A stretch of DNA of 64,000 bases from assembly GCA_051531955.1 (NCBI GenBank), contig JAOPTS010000069.1, positions 20,079 through 84,078 on the forward strand. The letters are read 5' to 3'. The notes below the pieces were generated by a model. The model was not told where the DNA came from and did not search any database. It worked only from the letters and a program-made list of their open reading frames with translations. Shown here one piece after another: positions 8,839 through 19,721 of this stretch. The DNA is from Reichenbachiella sp. Lineage in GTDB: Bacteria; Bacteroidota; Bacteroidia; Cytophagales; Cyclobacteriaceae. A program made the position numbers and the translations under genes. Every line of letters starts with the position of its first letter. Position 1 is the first letter of the stretch.

Positions 8839-11800
8839 TTGTCCTTTGTTTAAAAGAAATTATTTAAAATTTGGTTTAACCATGCTACTAGTATTTAGTA
8901 GCATGGTTTCTTATGCCCAAACAGTTATAACAGTTAGTGGTCAGGTGGTAGACGCTCGTAACGAACCTTTCATCGGAGCATCTGTACAAGTGGATGGTAC
9001 GACCAATGGTGCAATTACCGATTTGGATGGCCAGTTCAAATTTCAGGCTCAGGTTGGTGATGTTTTGGTAATCAGAATGCTCGGTATGCTGGAGCAAAAA
9101 GTTGTTGTGAAAAATACGAGTCCAATTCGTATCGTATTGAAAGAGGATGAGGAACTGCTTGATGAGGTGGTTATTAATGGTTTTCAAGAGGTGGACCGAA
9201 AGCTGTTTACAGGTGTAGCGACTAGATTAAAGATGTCTGATATCAAACTTGAAGGGGTGGCTGATGCCTCTAGAATGTTGGAAGGACGTGTTGCAGGCGT
9301 GAATGTGGATAATGTATCTGGTACATTCGGTACTTCTCCTAAAATCAGAATTAGAGGTAATACTTCATTGAATGGGAATAATCAACCATTGTATGTAGTG
9401 GATGGTGTGATCTTAGAAGATCTATCAGATGTCAATTCCAATGACTTTATCAGTGGGAATGCCAATACGCTGATTAGTTCTTCCATTGCCAATATTAATC
9501 CAAGTGATATCGAATCTTATCAGGTATTGAAAGATGCTTCGGCCACTGCTATCTATGGAGCTAGAGCAGCCAATGGTGTCATTGTCATCTCAACAAAACA
9601 AGGTAAAAGCGGAGAATTAGCGATTAATTATTCAGGCAGTTATTCTTTGAAAGTCAGACCAACGTACGATCAGTTTAGTCTAATGAATTCTGCAGAAGAA
9701 ATGTCCGTCTATCGTGAGATGAACAACAAAGGGTTAGTTGATATTACAACAGCAGCCAGAGCACAGTCATATGGCGCCATGGGGAAAATGTTTGTGAACA
9801 TTAATCAAAAAGAGACTGATTGGGGAACTGGCGGAGGACTGAATGAGGCATTTTTGAATCAATATGAAAATGCCAATACTGATTGGTTCGATGTATTGTT
9901 TAATGATATTGGCTTACAGCAACAACATTCTTTGAGTTTTACGACTGGTACAGATAAGTCTACCAGTTATTATTCTTTGAGTTTTTTGGATGATGAAGGG
10001 CAAACTATTGCAGATGATGTTAAAAGACTAACTGCAACAGCAAGAAACAATTATTATATATCAGAGAAGTTCAATTTTGGACTTAAGATGTCGGGGAGTT
10101 ATCGAGACCAGCGTGCACCTGGTACTCGAAATAGAGATTTTGATCCATTGACGGGGCAGTATAGCCGTGATTTTGATATCAACCCTTTGAGCTTTGCGTT
10201 GAATACAAGTCGTTCGATGAGGCCATATGATGGAAATGGAGATCTAGAATACTTTAGAAGGAACTACGCCCCATTTAATATCCTGGACGAGTTGAAATAT
10301 AATTTTATAGATATCAATGTATTGGATGTGTCAACTCAAGCAAATTTTGAGATTAAACCATTGAATAATTTGACTATCAACGGCGTTTTTCAAGTGAGAT
10401 ATGCCAATACGACAAGAGATCATACAGTACATGAGCGATCTAATCAGTCAGAAGCCTATCGGGCTAACGGAACGCAGTTTTTTCAGGATAGTAACAATTT
10501 GTTATTCAGAGACCCTAGTAACCCCGGTTTGAACCCTGTAGTAGTTTTGCCTGTAGGGGGCTTTAATTATCTAGATCAATCTGATCTGTTAAGTTTTTTT
10601 GGCAGGTACAGTGTCAACTGGTCCAAGGAGATTAATGCGATGCATTCGATCAATGTATTAGCTGGTCAGGAGATTCGATATTCGAATAGAAGTGAAAGCA
10701 GTTCAACAGCTATGGGGGTGATTTATGAAAGTGGTAGCGTGACAGTGACCGATCCTAATATTGTAGAGTTTTTTAATCTGCAAAATATTGATATGCATAC
10801 ATTTGATGAGACTAGAGATAGGTTTGTCGGTTTCTTCTTGAACGGTGGTTATGCTTTCAAAGGAAAGTATGTTGCCAATTTCACTATGCGCTATGATGGC
10901 TCCAATCAATTAGGTGAAAGTAGAAATGCAAGATTCCTTCCTACATGGAATGTCAGTGCAGCCTGGAATGCTGATCAAGAAGGATTCATGCAAAATCTAA
11001 AGTTAATAGATGTCTTGAAATTCAGAGGTACTTACGGTTTGTCTGGGAATTTGCCACCAGATGCAAGTGCATTATTGAATTTGCAATCAGATGTAACGAT
11101 CAGACCATCTGATGTAGAACCCTATTTGTATATTGATGACTTGGCCAATTCTGATTTGACTTGGGAAAAACTCTATGAATATAATGTTGGGATGGATTTG
11201 GGACTTTGGGATAGTCGCGTATATATAAATGCGGATTACTATTATCGTCAATCCTTTGATTTGATTGGTCAGGTTTTAACAAGTGGTGTAGGAGGGCAGA
11301 GTCTGAAGTTCGGGAATTTTGCGGACATGGAGGCACATGGCTTTGAGTTTACTTTGAATACTGTCAATTTTGATAGAAGCAACTTTATTTGGACAACAAA
11401 TTTTAATATTGGTTATACCAGAGATAAAATCACTAAGCTAGATCTTGGGCCAAGATTGACAGAAGCTATAACTCAAAATGGAGCGGCAGTATTGGGAGGC
11501 CCTCGTAGTGGTTTGTTTTCGACTCGATTTGCTGGCCTCAACGAAATCGGTGTACCTACATTTTATGATGAAAATGATGAGATAGTAACTGGAATTGACC
11601 TTCAGACCCGAGAAGGACTTAATAGTATTTTGAAATATGAGGGTCCTGTTGAGCCTAGAGGAGGCGGAGGGTTCTCTAACAATTTCACTTATAAAGGAGT
11701 TTCATTAAACATACTGTTGACTTACAAGTTTGATTATAAGATTCGATTGAATGGAGGTTTTAATTCTCAGTATAGTGACTTTAGCTCTTTGCCATCTGAA

Positions 11801-12166
11801 TTAAGAAATAGGTGGGCTGTACCAGGTGATGAAGAGGAGACAAATGTCCCTGTTATTCTACCAGCGATTCTAGCGCAGGCAGGTATATATTCTGAGGCGT
11901 ATTCTCTCTATAATAGTAGTGATGTAAGAGTGGCTAATGGAGACTATATACGTTTGAAAAGTGTGAGATTGTCTTACCAAATACCTTCAGAAATAGTTGA
12001 TAGGCTGAAATTGAGAAGTATTAGTACAAGTGTGGAGGTACAGAATATTGTTCTGTTGTATTCTGATAAAATGCTGAATGGGCAAGATCCAGAATTTTTT
12101 GCGTCAGGAGGGGTGGCCTTGCCACAGCCCAAAATGGTAACTTTTTCATTAAATATAGGGATCTGA
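8825..12166 (+). CDS. susC: SusC/RagA TonB-dependent transporter
   Basis: PLYVVDGV, INPSDIESYQVLKDASATAIYGARAANGVIVISTK, LTWEK and YIRLKS motifs; no STN domain. Confidence 0.96.
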   Translation: MTKINCPLFKRNYLKFGLTMLLVFSSMVSYAQTVITVSGQVVDARNEPFIGASVQVDGTTNGAITDLDGQFKFQAQVGDVLVIRMLGMLEQKVVVKNTSPIRIVLKEDEELLDEVVINGFQEVDRKLFTGVATRLKMSDIKLEGVADASRMLEGRVAGVNVDNVSGTFGTSPKIRIRGNTSLNGNNQPLYVVDGVILEDLSDVNSNDFISGNANTLISSSIANINPSDIESYQVLKDASATAIYGARAANGVIVISTKQGKSGELAINYSGSYSLKVRPTYDQFSLMNSAEEMSVYREMNNKGLVDITTAARAQSYGAMGKMFVNINQKETDWGTGGGLNEAFLNQYENANTDWFDVLFNDIGLQQQHSLSFTTGTDKSTSYYSLSFLDDEGQTIADDVKRLTATARNNYYISEKFNFGLKMSGSYRDQRAPGTRNRDFDPLTGQYSRDFDINPLSFALNTSRSMRPYDGNGDLEYFRRNYAPFNILDELKYNFIDINVLDVSTQANFEIKPLNNLTINGVFQVRYANTTRDHTVHERSNQSEAYRANGTQFFQDSNNLLFRDPSNPGLNPVVVLPVGGFNYLDQSDLLSFFGRYSVNWSKEINAMHSINVLAGQEIRYSNRSESSSTAMGVIYESGSVTVTDPNIVEFFNLQNIDMHTFDETRDRFVGFFLNGGYAFKGKYVANFTMRYDGSNQLGESRNARFLPTWNVSAAWNADQEGFMQNLKLIDVLKFRGTYGLSGNLPPDASALLNLQSDVTIRPSDVEPYLYIDDLANSDLTWEKLYEYNVGMDLGLWDSRVYINADYYYRQSFDLIGQVLTSGVGGQSLKFGNFADMEAHGFEFTLNTVNFDRSNFIWTTNFNIGYTRDKITKLDLGPRLTEAITQNGAAVLGGPRSGLFSTRFAGLNEIGVPTFYDENDEIVTGIDLQTREGLNSILKYEGPVEPRGGGGFSNNFTYKGVSLNILLTYKFDYKIRLNGGFNSQYSDFSSLPSELRNRWAVPGDEEETNVPVILPAILAQAGIYSEAYSLYNSSDVRVANGDYIRLKSVRLSYQIPSEIVDRLKLRSISTSVEVQNIVLLYSDKMLNGQDPEFFASGGVALPQPKMVTFSLNIGI

Positions 12167-13656
12167 TGAAAGAGGCTAGCAGCATAAAAATATTATTCAT
12201 CGCCTTGCTACTAATAGTAGGTAGTTGTGAGTCTTTTTTGGATGAAGCGCCAGATAACAGGGTGGCTTTGACAGATTTGGACAAAGCGTCGCAATTATTA
12301 ACGAATGCCTATTCAATTGCAAGTCCAGTATTCACAGATTGGATGACCGATGACTTCATATATACCCAAGGCACAACGATTCGTCCTTCACATCAGCAGC
12401 TGTATGCCTGGGAGGATGTCACTGCTGGTCATGAGGAACAAGATACACCTGACTTTTTCTGGTATGAAACCTACAACGCGATTGCACATGCCAATGAAGT
12501 ATTGTTGGTACTAGATGAATTGGAGTCTGATACAGAAGAAGATGAAAATAGAAGAGATGCCATTGAGGCTGAAGCTCTGTTGACGCGCGCCTATGGACAT
12601 TTTATGTTGGTCAATATGTTTGGTGAGCATTATGGGGGAAGTGGTAGTCCTGATGGAATACCCTATATCAAGACTCCTGAAGTAGATTTTTTGGTGGAGT
12701 ATGATCGAAGATCTGTCAATAGAGTCTATGATGCCATCGAGGATGATTTGTTAGATGGTTTAGAATTGGTCAATGATACTTATTATTCTAATTCGGGGAA
12801 GTATCATTTCAATACCAATGCTGCATTGGCATTTGCCGTTCGTTTTTATCTCTATAAGAGAGATTTTGTAAGATGTCTTCAGTATGCTAACCAATTGTTG
12901 GGGAACTCTCCAGAGGCTTATGTGAGAGATTTTACTTCAGATGAATATCAGGATGCCAAGTCTTCAATAAATGGGTACCCTCAGCTATTTTCGTCCGCTG
13001 ACGAACCTGCCAACTTACTCTTGATGAGGAAAATATCGTTGTTTCAAAGGAATGATTTTGCATTTGGTATAGAAGATAATTTGTACAGCAGTCTTTATGG
13101 GACGAATCCATTTGGCGCTACAGACGAACGTGAAAATCCTGCATTTGTGAAAGGTCTTAATGCTTTGTTTCCGGTAAGGTATGAAAGCCTTTTTGAACGT
13201 AGTAGTTTGAACTCTAATGTAGGTAACCCTTATCATATTGGTGTCATGTTCAAAGGTGAAGAGGTGTTGTTCAATCGAGCAGAAGCTAATTTGTATTCAA
13301 ATAAACTTGATGCCGCTATTGCTGACTTGCAAGTGATAACAGATAGAAGATACACTGGTGCGGAAGATTTGACCCTGACGTTAGAATTGATTCGTGGTTT
13401 TTATGGTGCAGAAGATGATCCGAATTTTTCTGATGCAGATGCTGTCTTGAACTATTTATTATTAGAGAAAAGAAAGGAGTTCTTGTGTCAAGGCCTTAGA
13501 TGGTTTGATATCAAACGCTATGGTATGTCTGTACAGCATAGCTATGAACCAGTTGGAGGTGGGATAATTGAACTGAGCAGTGATGACCCAAGAAAAGTAT
13601 TGCAAATACCACAATCAGCGCAAGAAGTAGGAGGACTAGAAGCAAATCCAAGATGA
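12166..13656 (+). CDS. susD: SusD/RagB lipoprotein
   Basis: SCESFLDEAP, EALLTRAYGHFMLVNMFG and EKRKEFLCQGLRWFDIKR motifs. Confidence 0.95.
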   Translation: MKEASSIKILFIALLLIVGSCESFLDEAPDNRVALTDLDKASQLLTNAYSIASPVFTDWMTDDFIYTQGTTIRPSHQQLYAWEDVTAGHEEQDTPDFFWYETYNAIAHANEVLLVLDELESDTEEDENRRDAIEAEALLTRAYGHFMLVNMFGEHYGGSGSPDGIPYIKTPEVDFLVEYDRRSVNRVYDAIEDDLLDGLELVNDTYYSNSGKYHFNTNAALAFAVRFYLYKRDFVRCLQYANQLLGNSPEAYVRDFTSDEYQDAKSSINGYPQLFSSADEPANLLLMRKISLFQRNDFAFGIEDNLYSSLYGTNPFGATDERENPAFVKGLNALFPVRYESLFERSSLNSNVGNPYHIGVMFKGEEVLFNRAEANLYSNKLDAAIADLQVITDRRYTGAEDLTLTLELIRGFYGAEDDPNFSDADAVLNYLLLEKRKEFLCQGLRWFDIKRYGMSVQHSYEPVGGGIIELSSDDPRKVLQIPQSAQEVGGLEANPR

Positions 13657-14534
13657 TAGTATTGAAGAACATATGGAAGATGAATACTTTGGCCATTCTG
13701 ATCATGGTAGTAGTCAATATTTCTTGTTTAGCGCCTGAGGAGCTCAATGTAGCTCAGAAGGAAGATGACGAATTAACCTTGGAATTGGATCAATATATAG
13801 ATGTTGCTTTTGTTGAAGAGTATAATATCGCTGTACGTTATAAATTTGTAGATAACTATGTCGACCCTGGTCAAAATGTAGCGCCTCCCAAATTAGAGGT
13901 GGTACGTCCGATGCTTGATTTTATACAAGAATTTTGGATAGATCCTTATCTGGAAATTCCAAATGGGGAGGCCTTTTTCAGACGATATGTACCTGCAGAA
14001 TTAATATTGTTGGGAGGTTTGATTTATAACAATAATGGAACAGTGACTTTAGGTACGGCAGATGCAGGAGCTAGGATTACCTATACCAATGTCAATGGAA
14101 TAGATATTGAAGATGAGGATTGGGTTGCACTCCAGCTACAAGTAACCTATCATGAGTTCGCTCACATTGTTCACCAAGAATTTAAACTGCCTTCAGGCTT
14201 TGAAACCATCACTCCCTCGGGCTACTCTAGTGCTGGGTCATGGTTCAATGTGACTGAGGAGGAAGCAATTCAAAGAGGCTTTGTGTCTCCTTATGCTACC
14301 AGTTCTCCGAATGAGGATTTTGCAGAGACGGTTGCGTTTTATGTGTTTGATGAGGAGTTTTTTGAAAACTACATCAACTTAGAAGAAGATTGTATTACTG
14401 CTGATTGTGAATTGAACAATTTTGGAAAAGGAAAAGTAACGGAAAAGGTAAACGCTATCAAAGATCATTATCAAAAAGTCACAGGTGTGAATTTGGATGA
14501 TTTGAGAACGGCATTACAATCTCGATTGCAATAA
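13653..14534 (+). CDS. Substrate-import-associated zinc metallohydrolase lipoprotein
   Basis: Lipobox ISC; HEFAH (HExxH); GFVSPYA...EDFAE supplies a third ligand; follows susD. Confidence 0.88.
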   Translation: MIVLKNIWKMNTLAILIMVVVNISCLAPEELNVAQKEDDELTLELDQYIDVAFVEEYNIAVRYKFVDNYVDPGQNVAPPKLEVVRPMLDFIQEFWIDPYLEIPNGEAFFRRYVPAELILLGGLIYNNNGTVTLGTADAGARITYTNVNGIDIEDEDWVALQLQVTYHEFAHIVHQEFKLPSGFETITPSGYSSAGSWFNVTEEEAIQRGFVSPYATSSPNEDFAETVAFYVFDEEFFENYINLEEDCITADCELNNFGKGKVTEKVNAIKDHYQKVTGVNLDDLRTALQSRLQ

Positions 14535-14535
14535 C

Positions 14536-15936
14536 ATGAAGAACATCATTTACATTTTGCTCATAAGTATTCTCATGGCTTCTTGTCAAGAAGAAGGAAA
14601 TGACTTGTCTACCGTAGATGAAAGAGTGAGCATTGCATTGAATGATCTTAGAGAGAAGTTAACTGCTCCTGAGCATGGTTGGGTACTAAATTATCAGCCT
14701 GTTAATGGTTCTGGGAGCTACTATATTTTATTGAATTTTGAGGACGAAGTGGTGCGTATTCAAAGTGATGTGCCCTATGACGAAGGCTACTTATATGATC
14801 AGACAATCCCATACGGACTGGATGCGCAAGTACAGTTGCAATTGACTTTTGAGACTTATGCTGTCTTTCATTATTTGTTCGAACAAGAGCAGTCTACTTT
14901 TGGAGGGGAGTTTGAGTTTTACTTTTCTGAAGAGTTGGACAATGGCAATCTAATTTTCAGAAGTAAGACTGATGAGACGATCATTCAGTTAATCCCAGCA
15001 GCTGAAAATGCTGCTAATGCACTTTCTAGAGAAGAAGCTGAAAATATGCAGTCATTTGCGCTCTATAACCAACCATTTGGAACACAGGTATTACAACAAC
15101 TTTACTTGAGTAATGATAATGTTTCTGTGTTTTGGGAAGTAGATCTTTTACAGCGGATCATATTACCTGATTTCGCAGTGGTAGGAAATACCAATGAAGA
15201 AATAGCCATTAGTACTGAGCAAGTGTTGTTGAACGAAAACCCGATCGGGTTTACTTATTTGGATGGAAGTATGGTGTTATTCTCTCCATTAGAATTTAAT
15301 CTTGGTGGAAAACAATACTCAATCAGTGAAATTGGGTTCAATGATTTGACCAATGATGGAATAACGTATTGTAGCTCTGATATGAGGATATCTCCCATTT
15401 ATAGTACAACAGTAAATGGGTTAGGAGATGGGGATTTAAGACATACTTTGTTCCATTCATCTGGTTTAGGGTTTGTTGAAGAAAAGGAGATTCCGTATTC
15501 TGTTAATGTGTTTTTTGTTGGAGATAGTACAGGTATTTCGATGACTGCTGAGGATGAAGTGATAGGGTTGAATTATCCTGACGCAACTGGTTTTATATTT
15601 CATTTTGGCTTAACCGAAAGTGAAGATACAACTGACCCAGCTTATGCTTTGGGAATTAATTATGAAGATGAAAATGGTATTGGACAAACTGATTTGAGAG
15701 GGTATGATGCTGTGACACTTGAGGGTAATTATCTTCAGGTTACATTGAATGAAGAGTTTTATTATAGTAAAGATTCGCCTACTTCAGAAGACGAAGACAG
15801 AATACGAGCGGTGACAGATGAGGTTATTGGGTCGGGACAATTGTATATTACTGAATGGCCTATTCGAGATGATTTAGTGATTTTCAGACTATTTAACCCT
15901 TGTAATGGCAATGAATTTATCTTGGTACAACCATGA
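14536..15936 (+). CDS. DUF4302-type lipoprotein
   Basis: Lipobox MASC; LTAPEHGWVLNYQP, LTFETY and GGEFEF motifs; typical position after the Zn peptidase. Confidence 0.78.
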   Translation: MKNIIYILLISILMASCQEEGNDLSTVDERVSIALNDLREKLTAPEHGWVLNYQPVNGSGSYYILLNFEDEVVRIQSDVPYDEGYLYDQTIPYGLDAQVQLQLTFETYAVFHYLFEQEQSTFGGEFEFYFSEELDNGNLIFRSKTDETIIQLIPAAENAANALSREEAENMQSFALYNQPFGTQVLQQLYLSNDNVSVFWEVDLLQRIILPDFAVVGNTNEEIAISTEQVLLNENPIGFTYLDGSMVLFSPLEFNLGGKQYSISEIGFNDLTNDGITYCSSDMRISPIYSTTVNGLGDGDLRHTLFHSSGLGFVEEKEIPYSVNVFFVGDSTGISMTAEDEVIGLNYPDATGFIFHFGLTESEDTTDPAYALGINYEDENGIGQTDLRGYDAVTLEGNYLQVTLNEEFYYSKDSPTSEDEDRIRAVTDEVIGSGQLYITEWPIRDDLVIFRLFNPCNGNEFILVQP

Positions 15937-16088
15937 TTGAACCTCAGCCTATTTCAGATTGTTTGGCCTCTATTTATTGCTCCAGATGTAGTTGAACCTA
16001 TGTGTTTTTGTGTAACCGTTGATCCAATGATTTGGTATTATGTTGTTCTCCACTGTCTCTGTGATATGGGAAATAATAGTCGAGTGTT

Positions 16089-18020
16089 TTACACTTTTTT
16101 GAATTCTAAGAAAAAGCTGGAGCCTTTTCCTACTTCACTTTCATACCAAACATCACCATTCATTTGGTCAACATAGCGTTTGACTATTGATAGTCCTAAA
16201 CCTGTTGATTCTTCATTATCCGTTGGTTTGGCACTTAGTTTTTCGAACTTCTTAAATAACTTAGTTTTGTCAGTATCGGTTAACCCTGGGCCTTGATCTC
16301 TAACTTCAATTTTGATTGTCTCTTCGTGTTCAGTCACTATTATATTGACTTTTTTATCCTTGTCGGAGAACTTGATGGCATTGGAAAGTAAGTTCTCAAT
16401 AATCTGTCTTATATGCACCTCATCTCCTAATATGAACAATTGAGGATTTTCAATATGTGTGATGATATCTATGTTTTTGGCAACTGCAGCAGTATTGAAA
16501 TTAACGGCTATATTATTAGTCACAAGACTCATGTTGACTCTTTCTTTGTCATGAATATTACTCGAGCCTTCTAATGCCTCTTTGTTCAATATTTTGGTGA
16601 TCATATTGATCAACCTATCTGATTCATTTCGAATGTGATCTAGGACACTATTCTCATCATCAGTGAAAGTTTCGCTATGCGTCATCTGCAATACTTGCGC
16701 CAACCCTTTAATATTATTGACAGGCGCACGTAGGTCATGTGATAGGATACGAATCAATTTTGACTTTTCATTATTGATGTCGATCAGTGCATTATTGTGA
16801 TTAAAAGCACTTTCTCTTTGTGCTTCGATTTGAATGTTTAGTTTTTTTCTGTCAGTTGCAGATCTGAAATATATCAAGGCTGTAATAAGGAAAAGTATAG
16901 ATGAGATAATGGCCAACCACATGATCACTTTTTGTCTATGGATGATGATTTCATTTAACTCAGTTTGTTGTTTCAAAAATCTAGTTTCTGCCGCCTTTTT
17001 TTCTGCTTGATAACCTGAGTGGAGAGATTCAATCTTCCTTGTACTCTCTTCATTAAAAATTTCGTGCTTAGAATCGATGAAGGCTTTGAAAGAGGCCAAT
17101 GACTGCTGGTATTGCCCGTTTTTTTCCTGAATAAGTGATAATAACTCGAAGGCATCGCTTTCCTCTTTTTTAAATTCATTTTTTCTAGCAAGGTCAATAC
17201 ATAACTCGATGTATTTTTTTGCTTCTTTCAGGTTGTTGATGTCAATATATGTTTCGCCAATGATGAGGTAGCTGTATGCTAAGGTACTGGTGTGTCCCAA
17301 TTTTTTAACATCAACCAAGTTGGTGATTAGTAAATCAAGTGCCTTATTGTATTTTTCTTGAAGGACATATAGGGTAGCTAAATCTACTCGGGTGATAACT
17401 TTTCCTTCTTTATTATCTTGTCGTTCTCTGATGTCAATAGCTGTCAGTATATGTTCTTCCGCTTTGTCATATTGTTTGAGACCTATTTTTGATCTTCCCA
17501 GATTGACGTGGCAGTAGGCAATCAGATCAATATCATCTAGTTTTTTAGCATTGATCAGTGCTTTTTCAAAGTATTCGGTAGCACCATTATAGTTGGTTTG
17601 AAAAATGTAGATGTTGCCTATATTGATGAGCGTATAGCTGATCTGGGTTAAGTTCCTGTCTTGTTCGGAATATTTAAGTGCCTCAAAGAAGTGTTCTAAC
17701 GCACCTAGATAATTACTCTTGTTTCTTTCTGCTACTCCAAGAAAGTTTAAGCTTTTGCTAATCCCAAGTAGATACTTAGATTTTAATGATCCTTCATAAG
17801 CCAAGAGACTATAGTGTATGGATGAGTCGAGATCTACATTTCTATAGTTCCATCCCAATCCATTTTGAATGTCAATTAGTTCATTTCCTGAGTGTTGTGC
17901 TATGATTGCCTTGAGGCTGTCTATTTTTTCAATAGGAGATTGTGCTTGGAGGTTACTCCGAAAACAAAAAAGCGCTACTATTAATAGTAAGAAAGAAGAC
18001 TTTGTCAGTTTAGATGTCAT
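16089..18020 (-). CDS. TPR-containing sensor histidine kinase
   Basis: Periplasmic TPR helices, TM helix, SHDLRAP, NLLSNAIKFS, DQGPG and GLGLSIV motifs. Confidence 0.92.
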   Translation of the reverse strand: MTSKLTKSSFLLLIVALFCFRSNLQAQSPIEKIDSLKAIIAQHSGNELIDIQNGLGWNYRNVDLDSSIHYSLLAYEGSLKSKYLLGISKSLNFLGVAERNKSNYLGALEHFFEALKYSEQDRNLTQISYTLINIGNIYIFQTNYNGATEYFEKALINAKKLDDIDLIAYCHVNLGRSKIGLKQYDKAEEHILTAIDIRERQDNKEGKVITRVDLATLYVLQEKYNKALDLLITNLVDVKKLGHTSTLAYSYLIIGETYIDINNLKEAKKYIELCIDLARKNEFKKEESDAFELLSLIQEKNGQYQQSLASFKAFIDSKHEIFNEESTRKIESLHSGYQAEKKAAETRFLKQQTELNEIIIHRQKVIMWLAIISSILFLITALIYFRSATDRKKLNIQIEAQRESAFNHNNALIDINNEKSKLIRILSHDLRAPVNNIKGLAQVLQMTHSETFTDDENSVLDHIRNESDRLINMITKILNKEALEGSSNIHDKERVNMSLVTNNIAVNFNTAAVAKNIDIITHIENPQLFILGDEVHIRQIIENLLSNAIKFSDKDKKVNIIVTEHEETIKIEVRDQGPGLTDTDKTKLFKKFEKLSAKPTDNEESTGLGLSIVKRYVDQMNGDVWYESEVGKGSSFFLEFKKV

Positions 18021-18204
18021 AAATCAGTCGTATATCGATCTATTATAAAAATAGGTTGTAATGATCAATATATTAGTTGCAATATAAAATGATAAGTTGA
18101 ATAATTACAGTGGTGCGAAACTCAACTTAACAAAAATGTTGATAATTATAATTGTCTATGTCAGCTAATATCTCAAAATTGCTCTTACAACAACTATAAT
18201 TCAG

Positions 18205-19635
18205 GTGATATTCGATGAACTAAGAGAAAATATCGTCGGTTACAATCAATCCTTCGATACACCATTCGGTAAATACAAAATGATCTATGCTGATTGGGTA
18301 GCAAGCGGTAGGCTATATGGTCCGATTGAAGATGCTTTGACGCATAAGGCAGGGCCTTGGGTGGCTAATACACATTCATACTCGAATATGACGGGTAGTT
18401 TTATGACTACTGCCTATGAGGAGGCTAAAGCCATTATAGAGAATCATGTCAGAGCTAATGAAAAGGATATGTTGGTCATGTCTGGTACTGGTATGACGGG
18501 TGCACTGAGTAGGTTATTAGATATTTTGTATCTAGAGAAACATGATGAGAAACCTGTGGTCTTTATGACGCATATGGAGCATCATTCTCATCAAGTAGCA
18601 TGGTTAAATGAAAATGTTGATGTTGTAATTGTACCTCCGGGTAAAGATTTGCATTTTGACATGGGGAATTTGAAACGTCGATTGGAGAAGTATAAGGACC
18701 GTGCAGTGAAAATTGGAGCTTTTACTGCTGGCTCAAATGTAACGGGTGTCATTACACCTGTCAAGGAATTGGCACAAGTCATGCATGAGCATAACGGTTT
18801 GTGCTTCATTGATTATGCTGCAACTGCACCTTATGTAGAGATAGATATGAATCCTGCAGATAATAAATTAGCCTATTTGGATGCTATTTATTTTTCTCCC
18901 CACAAGTTTTTAGGAGGTCCTGGTTCTTGTGGAGTTTTGATATTTAAGGAAATATTGTATACCGGAGAGTCTAGTGTGCCAGGTGGCGGAAACGTGACTT
19001 GGACTACTCCATGGGGTGACTATGGTATTACGACTAACAACGACGCAAAAGAAGATGGAGGAACTCCTGGTTTTATGCAGGCAATTAAAGCAGCGTTAGC
19101 CATAAGGCTTAAAGAAGAGATTGGAGTTGATGCGATTACTAAAAGAGAAAATGAATTACTTTCCAAGGCATTTGATGAACTAGAGAATATCGAAGGTGTC
19201 AAGATTGTAGGAGGTAAATATAATTGCGATCGTATAGGGGTAGTTTCTTTTAATATTGAAGGGCTTCATTATAATGCGCTGGTTAGGATTATGAATGATC
19301 ATTTTGGTGTGCAGATTCGTGGTGGATGGGCTTGTGCAAGTACTTATGTTCATTATTTGAATGATATTGATAAGGATAAGTCTATTCTATTGACAGAAGG
19401 AATTGATAGCAAAAACTTAACGAATAAACCTGGGTTTGCACGATTGTCATTGCATCCGACCATGACTGATGAGGAATTAGATTATATCATTAATGCGGTA
19501 AAACACATTGCTGAAAACAGAGCCGAGTTAATAAAGGATTATCAATACAATGCTAAGAGTAACGACTATGAATTGGATTCTAAGTTGAAAATCGATTACA
19601 TGCCCATGATTGAGGATCTATTTGTGTTAAAATAG
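18205..19635 (+). CDS. Class V PLP aminotransferase (SufS/selenocysteine lyase-like)
   Basis: YADWVASGR, MEHHS, SPHKFLGGPG (PLP lysine) and RGGWACA. Confidence 0.85.
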   Translation: MIFDELRENIVGYNQSFDTPFGKYKMIYADWVASGRLYGPIEDALTHKAGPWVANTHSYSNMTGSFMTTAYEEAKAIIENHVRANEKDMLVMSGTGMTGALSRLLDILYLEKHDEKPVVFMTHMEHHSHQVAWLNENVDVVIVPPGKDLHFDMGNLKRRLEKYKDRAVKIGAFTAGSNVTGVITPVKELAQVMHEHNGLCFIDYAATAPYVEIDMNPADNKLAYLDAIYFSPHKFLGGPGSCGVLIFKEILYTGESSVPGGGNVTWTTPWGDYGITTNNDAKEDGGTPGFMQAIKAALAIRLKEEIGVDAITKRENELLSKAFDELENIEGVKIVGGKYNCDRIGVVSFNIEGLHYNALVRIMNDHFGVQIRGGWACASTYVHYLNDIDKDKSILLTEGIDSKNLTNKPGFARLSLHPTMTDEELDYIINAVKHIAENRAELIKDYQYNAKSNDYELDSKLKIDYMPMIEDLFVLK

Positions 19636-19721
19636 TTAAAAGTCTAACATCTAAGATGTTGCTATTTTAAAGATTAAGAAATTTTCTTTATCTTATAATA
19701 TCAACAAAAACCTAAAATTCT

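Noticed and set aside
15937-16176. 79-aa ORF directly after DUF4302
   Set aside because: It overlaps the convergent kinase by 88 nt and has atypical composition; likely spurious.
18205-19635. Selenium-utilisation system suggested by the lyase-like gene
   Set aside because: No sel genes or in-frame TGA-extended ORFs were seen nearby.
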